Under the pieces are notes generated by a model that worked only from the letters and a program-made list of their open reading frames with translations, had not been told where the DNA came from and did not search any database. Made by a program: the position numbers and the translations under genes. A DNA stretch of 64,000 nucleotides, from contig CM097885.1 in the NCBI GenBank assembly GCA_044892525.1, positions 24,244,001 to 24,308,000 of the forward strand, read 5' to 3'. Within the stretch, counting starts at the first letter, position 1, and each line of letters opens with the position of its first letter. Positions 40,311-53,800 of this stretch are shown one piece after another. The DNA is from Schmidtea polychroa (taxonomy: Eukaryota).

Positions 40311-43300
40311 AATAATTAATGAAATCATGTATATTTATGGTAATAATGTAATTATAATAACAATAATGAAGATGATAGTGATAATAAAATAGTAAACATA
40401 ATTTATGATAACAACAAAACGAATGAAATAATTGATTTGAAAAACAATGTGCAATCTATGAGAACAACGATGAAATTAAGTTTGACAATAATTAACGTAA
40501 TGTTAACCCTGGTAATTATACTAGTAATTTTTTAACGGTAATAATGATAAGGTTAATTACGATGATAATATTAATGATGTCAATCATTGAAATAAAAAAT
40601 TAAAATTACATAAAATGTGGATGAGATGACAGCAACGATATCCATGTATTGTAAAAGCAGCTTTTGTAACCCTAAACAGTAATTTCGTCATTACTTATAA
40701 TAAAAAAAAGGCGCAAGACATGCGTTTTGACAGAGACTTTGAAAATTTTATTACGAGTTAGCATTTCTGAAATTGAACCCGATATTGATTCGTTATGTGT
40801 AGACATGTAAAGGACATAATCTTTTTCAAGAAAAAAAATCAGAACCAATGCAAACAGTAAAACTGGAACCACAAGTAAAGAAAGGATGACATAATGCTCA
40901 GATAACGAATATTTTTCTTTGAATGAGGAAGAAACAACAACAGAATGAGATAGATAACGACATGCAAATCGACGAGCAACACGACGAATTGGGTGCCGAA
41001 TCGGATATCACTTTAATTAGAGCCAAAGTTCGTGACAAACAAAGACAAAAATAGAATCACGAAAACCAAATTGACAATTGATGTCCTAAATCTCATGTTC
41101 GGTAAAGGATTTAATCGGACAACAATGATGGTCAACGATTGTGAAAGAGTTTGTCCGTAGAGAAAAGGGTAATGAGGACATTACCTTGACGTGAAAAATA
41201 ATAATTATTTTTATCACGCAATCGTAATAAAGAGGAAAATAGAAATAATAATTATATGCGTTAATGAATTAAAAAGATAAGAATTAATAAACAGGTGAAA
41301 ATATTATTAGAGAAAAAATAGGTATAAATACTGTGTGCATCTTCATTATTTTCGCCTAAAAAATCTTAATTTGATTTCGAATTCTTGCAGAGCTAATCTT
41401 AACGAGACTTTAATCATTTAAAGATAGTCAGAAACAGCTTACATGGGGGTATTTTGTTTTACAAGCATATATAAAGGAAGCATAATATGCATAACAACGA
41501 TTGATGAAAACGAAAACTGTGTAAATGGGATTTGATTTTAACTGAGAACAGTTTGTAATTCGGTAAACATTCCGATTTGTAAATTTTATTCAAATAAATT
41601 TATATTAACCGACTTGTTTTATCTCTATAGGACACTAGTGCAAGTTGGAATCCTCGTTAATTTTGAGACCCCGACATTGTTAAAAGTGGAGAAACAAGTT
41701 TGTTGGAACGTTTGGATCTTGATATGTTTGGAATGATTCCATGTCGGCGAAAGCAAATTTGAATGAGAGAGCTAAATTGTTAGCTACAAAGTGTATTAAA
41801 GAAATAGTAGCAGCTAGCTTTAAAATTTCTATGTTACCCAATGTGTGAATATAAATGTCTTTTGCTTTTAAGGGATGGCCTCGGGGTCTAATTTCTGTTT
41901 GATTCTATTTATTTTAACAGTTTTAGTTGTGAATTATTTTGCTCAAACTCCTTTTTTTGCTTTGTTAAGTCAAATGTTTCATTTTTTGTCAGAATACTAG
42001 CATTTCAGAAACAATTGCAAATTATCTTTAATAATACAATAAACTTAATCTCAACAAGCTTAACGAACATTGATATCGAAATAGCAGTTAAGATAAGAGC
42101 GTTTAATATTTATATATTCCAGTTGTATGTGTCCAATTTCTCTGTAAGCCCGACATTTGAGTGGACCAGTATGAGTTTGAATACAAATTCATTCTATGCT
42201 GTTAATAAGAATTTCTTGGTATCCCTTGTTGTTTTTCTCTAAATTATCTTTGATTGTTGACATTGGTTTCTTGTCCACTTTGAGATTATTGTAATTTAAA
42301 TTCTGGTTGTCTACTATACTAATTTTGCTTATTTCTTCCATTCAATTGACGTTGCTGTGTCCTCCAATGTTTTGTCTACATTTAAGAATGCAGATTATGT
42401 TTAATTTTTATTTCTTTAAATGTTTAAAGGTCTCGTAATTTTAAATATTTTTCGTCAATTCATGATATTCAGTCATTTAAAATTAAAAAATACTTTTTAA
42501 ATCATCTTTTCTGTAATATTGTATAAAATTACATTTTTTGCTAACTTTTTGATTTAAGAAACATATTAATCATTTCGATAAAAAAATCATTGAGATCATT
42601 TGCCAAATTCAATGGTTTATTAAAAACATTTTAAATTCTCTTTGTATTGTATTTTGTAATGTATTTTTATATTATATTTTTTATTGCTAATTACCACAAT
42701 ATTGATCGTGGTCCTAATCACCACGCATCACATGTAAAATTTTAAAAAAAACTATGTAGCGATAATTTACCATAATAAATTATCGCTAAACAGAAAAAAT
42801 CAATCAATAAACAAATCAGTAAAGAATTTTTAAACTAAATAGTAATATAAAACTTAAGAAGTCGGAAAGTATCAAGAGAAAGTTGAAGTTAAAGAAAGTT
42901 TATTATCCAGTTTATTATTCCAGAAACAATTTAACGAGAAACTTAATATCCCTTGATAATATCTTAAAGTTTATTATCCAGTTTTTTATTCAGATACGAA
43001 TTAACGAGAAATTTAATATTCGTAATAATATCTCAAAAATTAAATAAAACTGAATAACTAAATTCCTATTTCTATCTATTTTCAACAGCCTAAAGTACGT
43101 AACAATATTTTTATAATTCAATAAAAACTGTAAATTTATTTAATTGTTTTTGTTATTAGTTTATTGCAATTAAAATTAGCATAATTTTACATACATTCAC
43201 CCCAGCTGTCCCGAGACAGTTTATTTACTGGTGACTCGGCTGGGCTCTTCAAATTTCCTTAGCATACACACACATCTACAAACATAGATAAAAATGTAAA

Positions 43301-43496
43301 CCATCAAACATCACAACATATTTCAATATTTTTTTGATCAAATTTCCAAATTACTTCCAATGATGGAAATGCCTTGCTAAATATTTGTGTGTCTTCTAAA
43401 GTTTGGATAAGCTCAAAAATTTGAAGTTGGTCGCCATGTTAGAAAATTTAATTTATAACACGTTCCAAAATATATATTTTTAAACCAAATTAATTT

Positions 43497-44350
<854 letters not shown>

Positions 44351-45849
44351 TATTTTTTTGTAATATTTTGAGCAATGTCATCATTCAATTTCAACATACC
44401 ACAAACACCCAAATATTTAAAAATACATTTTATGTGTTTTAAAAAAGCTACTAGTTTCAGTACTATTCTAAATCATATATAAATTTTCGGTTCACGAATT
44501 ATTTATGTTGTCAAATTAATTTTTCTAAAAGATATCCCTTATAAATTTGTTATATCTGTTTTATCTTCAAAATTTGCTTCATCGTTTATTATTAATAATA
44601 TAATTAATACGCACAAAAATTAAATATTATTATAACCTAACAAAATATTTTAAAAAATCTTGCCTATTAAAAATCAGGAATAAATTATATTATAAACGAA
44701 TTTATTTTTATATTACAATTGATCTCAATGCCTCATTTTCATAAAATCCGGCGCGTCATTTAAATATAAACTTTAAATGTTTTTAGACATTTATAAACGT
44801 TTATGATTTTTTTTCTAAATGTTTTAATAAATAATTTTGGAACCTTATTATTTTAAATTTCATAAAGTAAAATTCATACCATTTTTCTCTTTTTGAAATG
44901 CTTCAGGGAAAAAATATTATTTTTGAAAGATTTTTGATTCCAATTAATTATTTTCCTTTGTATCTCTTATTTTTATTCTATATATACTTTTTAATTATTA
45001 TTTAAAGTCATACGTTCTTTTTATAAATACATGTGATATAATAATCAGTGTATCATTGTTTCTAATTGTATCCTTTGTAATCGGAAAGTGAAGCCGTATT
45101 TAAGAAGTGAATTGGAATAAGGAATATAGGTTAAATCATTTAATACTGGAAGAAGTAATGGGTATGCTTATTCAATGACTAGGATTACCGACTGTTGAGT
45201 ACAATAAAAGAGAACATTTTTTTCAATATATTTATTTTCTTTATAAACTCATTCGTATACACCTTTTTTACAATTATAATATATGATTGGTAACGTAAAA
45301 ACAAATTCTGATTGCACATAAAAATTTAAAAATGACATGTAGTCATTTTTATTAATCATCCTTACATTCATCTTGTTTGTATTTATCCACACTACTAAGT
45401 TCGAGTAGTATTTTGTTATTTTCTTTTACTTCTTTATAAAAATCAATGCATGTTCTTAAATTTAAAAACTACCTTTAAAATTCCACGTATAGTGGAAATT
45501 TTAAGTTTATTTCTCTTTTTAGTTCATTGTCTGCTGATTATGAAAAATATTTTCTCCACTTTAACTCGATATATTGAAGATATTTTTGTCAATTCCAAGT
45601 CAATTCCATGTCAATTCCAGTCAAATTTAATTTTATTTATTTAATTACAGGGTTTTTCATTTATTTTCGTCATTTTCTCATTTATTTTCGTTTTTGTTTC
45701 ATTGATTTTCGTTATCGTTTCATTGATTTTCGTCGAAATATTAATTAGAAAATATAAAATGAAAGCTAATAAACAAGCCATGACGAGATTAAAGATTTCA
45801 GATGCCGAAAGACACCGAATTGTGCAGTCTTATATAAATGATAATGCTA

Positions 45850-47045
45850 TGTTGGGTTATTGAGTTGGTGATAAATTTAAATGTTACTCTGAGTCCAAAC
45901 GTGTCTTTATACGATCCACAAATAACACTTGACAACAGAAATCTTTATTGATAATCACAAATAAACTTTTTCTTTACACTGGCAATCAATACAACACCCT
46001 GCTTGGTGTCTATACAATGTTTATTACAACACTCGGTGAGGAATAGCATTTGCGTATAACACCGGATTAAAGGATCATAAATTACTGATTGGTTTTTCAA
46101 CTGAGCCTTTGAGCTGGTTGTTTTCTTTGACCTTCACGAGTTTATTCAAATAATCAAGTAACTTTTCGTTTAATTTTCCAACTACCGTATATACTCGTGT
46201 ATAAGCCGAGAAATTTTGGGCAATTTTTTAAGCTAATTTTTAAGCTAACATGTCAAAAACAAGATTTTGTGATTATTTAAATAATTCGTCAGATTTTAGC
46301 TATTTTTTTTACCTCGGCTTATATACGGGTACTTGATTTTGGACAAAAAATTGACTATAAAAACTCACTTCGGCTTATATACGGATCGGCTTATACACGA
46401 GTATATACGGTAATTCTTTTATTCAAATCTTCTCCAACAATTATTCTTCACAATTATTTTCCTTAAAATTCTTTTTAATAATCGTTTCTCCAACAACGTT
46501 TCGTCCGATTTTGTCTTATTTTTCTCCAACAATTTTATCTCTCAAATTGTCTCACAAATCGTCTCACAAACTGTCTTAATTTCGCGTCACTTTTTGTCTA
46601 ATTTTGTCTCTGCTAGTTTCTCTTTCTTAAGTTTGCTTAAATTGTGGCACTGAAGATAACCAACTGTTTTTCCACTTTCTTTCTCCTGCTTTCCCCGACT
46701 GTTCCATTTTTATCTCTGACGGCTGTCAAGCTATTTTCCTTCTTTCCTTTTTTGTTTAACCGCCTTATCCCAGCAATTACGTTATCACTGGCAGGCTGTC
46801 GAGATAAGAATATTGTTCTTTTCCTTTTTCTCGATTCCAAAATGCCTTTTAATTAATTAATACTGACATTGGTTTTTATTTTCATGTTTGATTCCTTTTG
46901 TTTTCTTCCTCCTCCTCGTTTCTCATTTCTTTTTGCTTCCGCTTTCTTTTCTGAGTTCCTACCGATCTTCCCATTTGTCATGACGATCTTCCTCCGGGTA
47001 ATTTATTTATTTATTATGTTATTTTTTATTTAGGTATCCTCAACA
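45850..47045. mobile_element. Probable solo LTR (~1 kb net)
   Basis: TGTTGGG...CTCAACA termini; 4-bp TSD GCTA (45846-45849 and 47046-47049). Confidence 0.8.
46185..46410. mobile_element. Tc1/mariner-type MITE
   Basis: Perfect TIR CCGTATATACTCGTGTATAAGCCGA with TA flanks. Confidence 0.92.
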
Positions 47046-47863
47046 GCTATAAAGCACATTGCCTCAATAATGGATGTTCCTAGAAGTACAATTGGAAGTA
47101 TTATTGCTAAATATCAAAAGAAAAATGTTATTGATGCTGGAAAAGGGGTGGGAAAAGACAAAAAAATCTACAAGAAAACCACATTGGATAGATACTGACT
47201 GTACGAAATCGACACTTCACAGGTATGTAGAAGGATTCCAGTATTCACTGAAACGATTACATTGTGTTCCAGTACGAAGAAATGATGTAGATGTGATTTC
47301 GTCCCGAAGAGAATATGCACTAAGTCTATTAAATTATTTGTCTCTTGTCGGCGAAGGAAAATTTATTTTCATTGATGAAGTTGGATTTAATATAGGCATG
47401 AGATGAACTCGTGGTAGATCTCTTGTAGGTGAATAGGCTGTTATGCAAATTCCAGCAATGCGATCAAGAAATTTTTCTGTGTGTTGTGCGATGAGTAAAA
47501 AAGATATAGTTGGTTATATGACACGATAAACCATTCAATACAGAAAATTTCTATAGCTTAGTTCAATGATGCAATCCTTATCGTGGATAATGTGAAATTT
47601 CACAAATCTAGCGTCATTCATAGATTTACTTTACAATTTCTTGACCCATATTCCCCATTTTTAAATCCCATCTTTTGTAAGTTGAAAGAGCATGTTAAGA
47701 GAGAATGTCCCACAAATGAAAATCAACCAATGGAACTTATTAATAGCGGCTCGAATGACTGTAATGAATATTTTAGGAAAATGTTTTCTTATATTCCAAA
47801 ATGTATTGACTGTGAGGAAATAAATACTTAGTCGTTTTTAAATTAATAAATTGTGTTTATATT

Positions 47864-48081
47864 CAGCGACGTCCGCAGGAATTTTTCTAGTGGGGCGAGT
47901 TGAAAATAAATGTAGGAAGCGTCATTAAATTAAATTTTTTTATTAATTTTTTTTTGTCTTGGGTTTTGCCAACATTGTTTGAGCGCATCTATTAAAATAT
48001 GTTTAGATTAATCAAAAAATAGAATGGTTTGGGAAATCCAGGGGGGGGCGGGTGGGAAGCGGCCCCTTGCGGACACCCATG
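47864..48081. mobile_element. hAT-type MITE
   Basis: Ends CAGCGACGTCCGCAGG / CTTGCGGACACCCATG. 8-bp TSD TTTATATT; the right copy is split by a Helitron. Confidence 0.75.
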
Positions 48082-48085
48082 TTTA

Positions 48086-48344
48086 TCTCTCTATATATAA
48101 AAAAGCTAAGTGTCCCCTCCATCCGAATTTTACTTTATTTTTTTTTGAAGTATTTAATCATTTGTACTTATTGTTTTATGTTACTTAGAAATGATTTATG
48201 CTATTATCTTTTATCATAGTTATGTAAACATTAATAAACTGAATCTTACTCCTATCCAAGAATACCCTGGATATTAACTTTAACATTAACCCCCACGTTC
48301 TAACTGGGTTGGTGAAGCGAAGCGAACAGGGGCAGAGCCCCTAG
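48086..48344 (+). mobile_element. Non-autonomous Helitron
   Basis: 5' TC, 3' CTAG preceded by hairpin AGGGGCAGAGCCCCT; inserted between A and T with no TSD. Confidence 0.8.
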
Positions 48345-49161
48345 TATTTTTAAATCTTATAAGTTATTAATTTTATATTATTTTTTGACGAAAATCAATC
48401 GAACAATAACGAAAGTAAACGAAACAAAAACGAAAAGAAATGAAAAAATAACGAAAATAAATGAAAACCCCTGTATATTATTAATGATTTACAGTGAAAT
48501 TTAAGTTTGCATTGAGTTGTTTGAAAAATAGAAAATTATAAAATACGATAATTATTATGATTCTAAAAATATCTGTCAAATGAATTTCATGCCAATTGTT
48601 TTTATGTTTTTAATTTTATAAATCAGAAAAATAGAATAAATATAAACTATATTTATACTAAATTTTGAAAAGCAGGCTTTCTTTCACTTGCCAACGGACG
48701 ATAATTTTGCAAGAGATTTTGCAAAATTCTTCTTCTCGATACTTTTTAAAAACACCACACTAAACCTTTAATTCTAATTTCGGGAGATGACAGAGTATAC
48801 TTCTGTCAATATTATTAAACTAAACTTTCTATTCTAATTACTATATTCAATTAATGATACACAATGAAATTTAGCTTTGCACTGAGTAGAAGAAGTTATT
48901 GGTAAAAATATAAAATTATAAAATACGATAATTATGAAAACGATGATACTAAAAATATTTGTCAAATGAATTTTATGCCAATTGTTTTTATGTTTTTAAT
49001 TTTATAAATTTTACTTTTAATTTTTTTTACTTTGTTTTATACAATAATTTTAATATTTAAATATACATTAAATACAAAATTAATATATAAATTTAATTAT
49101 ACAATAATAAAATAACTAACTTAACTATTTAGTGCGATAGCTATATCCTCATTGGTGATTA

Positions 49162-50058
49162 TTAATAAATACGTAAAATTAGTGAATCATCCCACAACTG
49201 GCCATTTACAGGAATATTTTCACTATCTAGGATTTCATTTCCCCCTGATACAGTGCTACTTATAACACTATTTCCTGCGTGAGGTACCGGCAAACCAGGA
49301 ACACTTTCTTGTACCGCTACTATTCCATTAGAGTTCATTATAGGATAACTTGAAAAATTTCCCGTTATTCCATTTGTGAAATGTGACTCTTCATTTACCA
49401 ATGGTAATTGGCTATTAGCATGAAAAAAATCATCCCACAACTGCCCATTTACAGGAATATTTTCACTATCTAGGATTTCATTTCCCCCTGATACAGTGCT
49501 ACTTATAACACTATTTCCTGCGTGAGGTACCGGCAAACCAGGAACACTTTCTTGTACCGCTACTATTCCATTAGAGTTCATTATAGGATAACTTGAAAAA
49601 TTTCCCGTTATTCCATTTGTGAAATGTGACTCTTCATTTACCAATGGTAATTGGCTATTAGCATGAAAAAAATCATCCCACAACTGCCCATTTACAGGAA
49701 TATTTTCACTATCTAGGATTTCATTTCCCCCTGATACAGTGCTACTTATAACACTATTTCCTGCGTGAGGTACCGGCAAACCAGGAACACTTTCTTGTAC
49801 CGCTACTATTCCATTAGAGTTCATTATAGGATAACTTGAAAAATTTCCCGTTATTCCATTTGTGAAATGTGACTCTTCATTTACCAATGGTAATTGGCTA
49901 TTAGCATGAAAAACATTTCCTTCTAGAAACACCTCGGTACCAAGAACATTTTCTTGTATCGCTACTATTCCATTAGAGTTCTCGCTATCTGTTATAGATG
50001 ACACTTCATTTATCAACAGATTTGAACTTTGTGAAAAATCTGAATTTTTGATAGTCAT
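49162..50058 (-). CDS. 298-aa ORF of unknown function with three near-identical 81-aa (243-bp) repeats
   Basis: ATG start and open frame through the repeats (~49185-49912); N/S-rich, acidic. Confidence 0.5.
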   Translation of the reverse strand: MTIKNSDFSQSSNLLINEVSSITDSENSNGIVAIQENVLGTEVFLEGNVFHANSQLPLVNEESHFTNGITGNFSSYPIMNSNGIVAVQESVPGLPVPHAGNSVISSTVSGGNEILDSENIPVNGQLWDDFFHANSQLPLVNEESHFTNGITGNFSSYPIMNSNGIVAVQESVPGLPVPHAGNSVISSTVSGGNEILDSENIPVNGQLWDDFFHANSQLPLVNEESHFTNGITGNFSSYPIMNSNGIVAVQESVPGLPVPHAGNSVISSTVSGGNEILDSENIPVNGQLWDDSLILRIY

Positions 50059-50491
50059 TATTTTATTTATAAATCTAAGATTTACCGTATAAATCTACGA
50101 AATCCATCTCCCCGTAATTAATGAAAATTTTAAAACCCAATTTTATTTTTCTAAAACATTTAATATTAGTATTATGATATAATTATAATAATTTACAAGT
50201 AGTCGATTGACTAATAGTAAACAAAATTAAATAAGTTGTAATAAAACAATACTCAATAGCTTATTATAACTTTAAATACTAAAATGTGTATTTTAATAGA
50301 TTATTTGTCTTTTTCAGAAAAAGCTCTAAAATTACCTAATTTTTTAATTATTAAACAAAAATATTAATATTTATTAAATTTCTTAATCAATTATAAGCAT
50401 TTCTTAGAATTTTGACTCTTACAATTTTATCAATTATTGTGAATTCTTCAAAAGATAAATCAATTAACTTGAAAATTTATATCCTATAGAT

Positions 50492-50811
50492 CATCTATTC
50501 TCAAACCATGGGTCGTGGAAACTTCCTAGGTGGGACGCGAGGATGCTATTTGTAAAAAAATGAAACAAACTACGTCACAAACTTTTTAATCTCCTACAAA
50601 CAAAACGAGAGGCATTAGTTTACTAGTGTTAATTTGCGATTTGCTTCATATAAAGTGCGATCTAGCGATCTCAAATAAAAATCCGCATTAGTTCATTAGC
50701 GTCAACTAACGAGACATTATTAATCAATTGCAAAATAGCGATGGTATTGGGTCGCCAAGTTTCTGGTTTCTGGCTAGTGGGTCCCTATTTAAAACAGTTT
50801 GAGGACCCCTG
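50492..50811. mobile_element. hAT (Charlie-like) MITE
   Basis: 8-bp TSD CTATAGAT (50484-50491 and 50812-50819). Right TIR GTTTGAGGACCCCTG; degenerate left TIR CATCTATTCTCAAAC. Confidence 0.8.
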
Positions 50812-50821
50812 CTATAGATAG

Positions 50822-53800
50822 TGGTGGGTTACTGATGATCAAATATTTTGCTCTTTAGTGCTGTTACCAGCGTAACCCAAGATACAACATTGTTTACCGC
50901 TTGATACCCGTTGAACGATCAACGTTGGTACTGTAGCAAGACGGTGAGTACTCGCAAAAAGTGAGCGCACTACTTGCACTGTAATTGTCGAGCACTCTAA
51001 TGGGTTCACGGACTATCGTTAGAAGATGTATGTCCGATTTACGCAGGTCCCTTATTATAATCACTTCCTCAACTATGCCTATACAAACTTTCTATCCTCA
51101 AACGATCATAAGTCATCAGGAATCATACATTACTCTATTAAAGCCTGTTCATACAACACCACATCTAAAATGTTTGAATATAAATTAAGTGAAACATAAC
51201 CATAGTTTATTAAACAAACCTCAAGAAATTTTTGAGACTAATGAATTTAATTAGAAAATAAAAAAAAACTTAATAAACTGAAACAATAGAAATGATAAAG
51301 ATAACATGCATTCCCCACGATAACCTGATCAAAAGAAAATTTCAATTTAGTTAAGTTAACTTACAACCTATTTTAACATAATCCAAATATCACTTGTAAA
51401 TTATGGGTAATATTAATATATGAAGTTTAGATTCATTACAATCATAAAAGTTCTTATGAAGAGTAAATAATTCTAATCTACTTAAATTTTCAATTTATAA
51501 TATTCCTCAAACGACCAAACTAACTCCGTAATATACTTGAATTCATTATGTTAAAATACTAGAACAAGTTGGTAACTAATAAATTAAATAAAGTAATGGA
51601 ATTTTGATTTCATTATTACTTTTTGTTTTGTTAAAGTTATTTAACATTATTTAAATTTTCGTTGTTTTATTATAGTAATTATAATTAATGTTAAATAACA
51701 AATTTTGAATAAATATATGATTTTAGTTAACTTTGATATAATAATGTAAATAAATTAAAATTTTAAGCATTTATATCCTAAAATTTCATAATATTTCAGG
51801 AATATCAGCATTTGGCCGAATCTCCGAACAATTACTATTGATCAATAATGTATTATGACATCTCGAATGAGCAAAGATCATTTGACAACACCAATGAGAA
51901 AATTGTAATTAACTTCCTTAATTTAATTAATTAACTTCATTAATTTCCTTAGCAATCGAGTTGATAATAATTCAGTGAGGTACGAAGGTTTGATTGCCCC
52001 AAGGTCAGTTCCACCAACTAATCTTCCTGGCGGAATTATCTGACAATGACTACTCAAAAAGAGATGCAAGGAATATAGTTGGCCATCCAACAATATTACG
52101 TCAAATCAATATGTAAGTCATTGAACCAAAAGGAACGAAGCAGAAAATAAGGAATTATCCAGAAGTCTTCCAACTCCAGGAAATGTATTTCATTGGGATG
52201 GTCCATCAACCGTGCTCGAAGGACCTTGGTATAACTATGATTCAAAGAAACAATTATATGAATAAAGTTGATGATCGAAATCAATAAACTTAGTCTTTGT
52301 TTTTCTTTTTTTTTTGATCTAGTTAAAAATAAATTTAGTCTCTTTTGATTTAGTTAAAAATAAATCCAATAATTCTAATAAATCAATAAATGATTCTACT
52401 AAATTACTTCAGTAAACTACTCTAACCTCGCTCCATCACCTTAAGGGGGTTGTGACCATCACATAACAGGGGTCTTGAGGGGGAAGGTTATCGTATTTTT
52501 ATAAGGTTGCTTTATAAATCTGTATGTACATACACACACACACATATATATACACACACATATATATATACATATACATATACACACATACCTATATATG
52601 GATATAATTTAAATTAATAATATTGATGTCGTTTTCCGGGGGGGGGGGTGTTACTAAAAATAGATTTTAGTGATTTTCCGTAATTTTATTGGAAGATAGG
52701 GCCATTGAAACTAAATTTAGAGATAGGGGAATCCGAAAATCGATAATTTTGTTTAAAATTTTATTTTTATGAAATAATAATTACTTTAATAATATAATCA
52801 GTTTAGTGGGGTTACTGGGGAAAATAAAATCAATGATATCAATAAAATGTAATAGTAGTACTAATGATAGTAGCAGTAATGTTAAAATAACAATAATGAT
52901 AAACGGCGAATGTACCTTGATATCTTTATGAAATTACCACGGGTATATAGCTTGGGGGTCATTTAGGAATTTTAAGAGTTATCATTTTAAAATCAAATAT
53001 AAGATGAATATATACATATATATATAAGAGTAGTCTATCTTAGTGTAAATTTAGATAAATATATAATTTGAGGGGGGTCATTTAGGAAATTTTACCACTT
53101 ATATTTTTTATTATAATGTAAGTTAAATATATATTAAAATAAGCCAATTTAGTATGTATAAGTTTGAGGGGGGTACTCGTGAAAAAGGTAAGTTATACTT
53201 TTATAAGTTTCAAATATACATATATAAGTTAGATTATGAATCTGGACATTTGTTTCGACCATTACGTAACTTGGGGGGGGGGGTATTTATAAAATATTTA
53301 CAACTTATTATAGATTATATTTTTATCGCTAACGTAGTTTATATTTTATACTTTTATGACCAAATTAAGATTATAATTTATAGTCTTTCAGCTAATATAA
53401 GTTTATAATTTATATTTTTATGAAGTTAAATTTATAGTTTATATTTCTAAAGCTAATATAATTTTATAATTTATACTTTTAAGTTTATAATTTATATTTT
53501 ATGAAGTTAAGTTAAATTTATAGTTTATATTTTAAAGCTAATATAATTTTATAATTTATACTTTTAAGTTTATAATTTATATTTTATGAAGTTAAGTTAA
53601 ATTTATAGTTTATATTTTAAAGCTAATATAATTTTATAATTTATATTTTTATGAAGTTAAATTTATAGTTTATATTTTAGAGCCCATATAATTTTATAAT
53701 TTATACTTTTAAGTTTATAATTTATATTTTATGAAGTTAAGTTAAATTTATAGTTTATATTTTAAAGCTAATATAATTTTATAATTTATACTTTTAAGTT

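Larger units (their letters stand above)
45759..47831 (+). pseudogene. Tc1-like DDE transposase, interrupted
   Basis: Removing 45850-47049 restores the HTH (ISDAERHRIVQSYINDNAIKHIASIMDVPRSTIGSII). FIFIDEVGFN, DNVKFH and PYSPFLNPI motifs follow. Confidence 0.88.
45648..48473 (+). mobile_element. Tc1/IS630-like transposon carrying four nested insertions
   Basis: ~85-bp TIRs CAGGGTTTTTCATTTATTTTCG / CGAAAATAAATGAAAACCCCTG with TA flanks. Confidence 0.9.

Noticed and set aside
41300..42380. Possible non-LTR retrotransposon relic on the minus strand
   Set aside because: Only compositional hints; no convincing RT or endonuclease motif.
48476..49010. ~150-bp local duplication (48490-48620 vs 48862-49008)
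   Set aside because: Ordinary AT-rich duplication with no termini or coding signal.
50826..50880. CTGATGA in a stem context, suggesting a hammerhead ribozyme
   Set aside because: No GAAA after stem II and no stem III/cleavage triplet; the equivalent site in the outer copy reads CTGGTGA.
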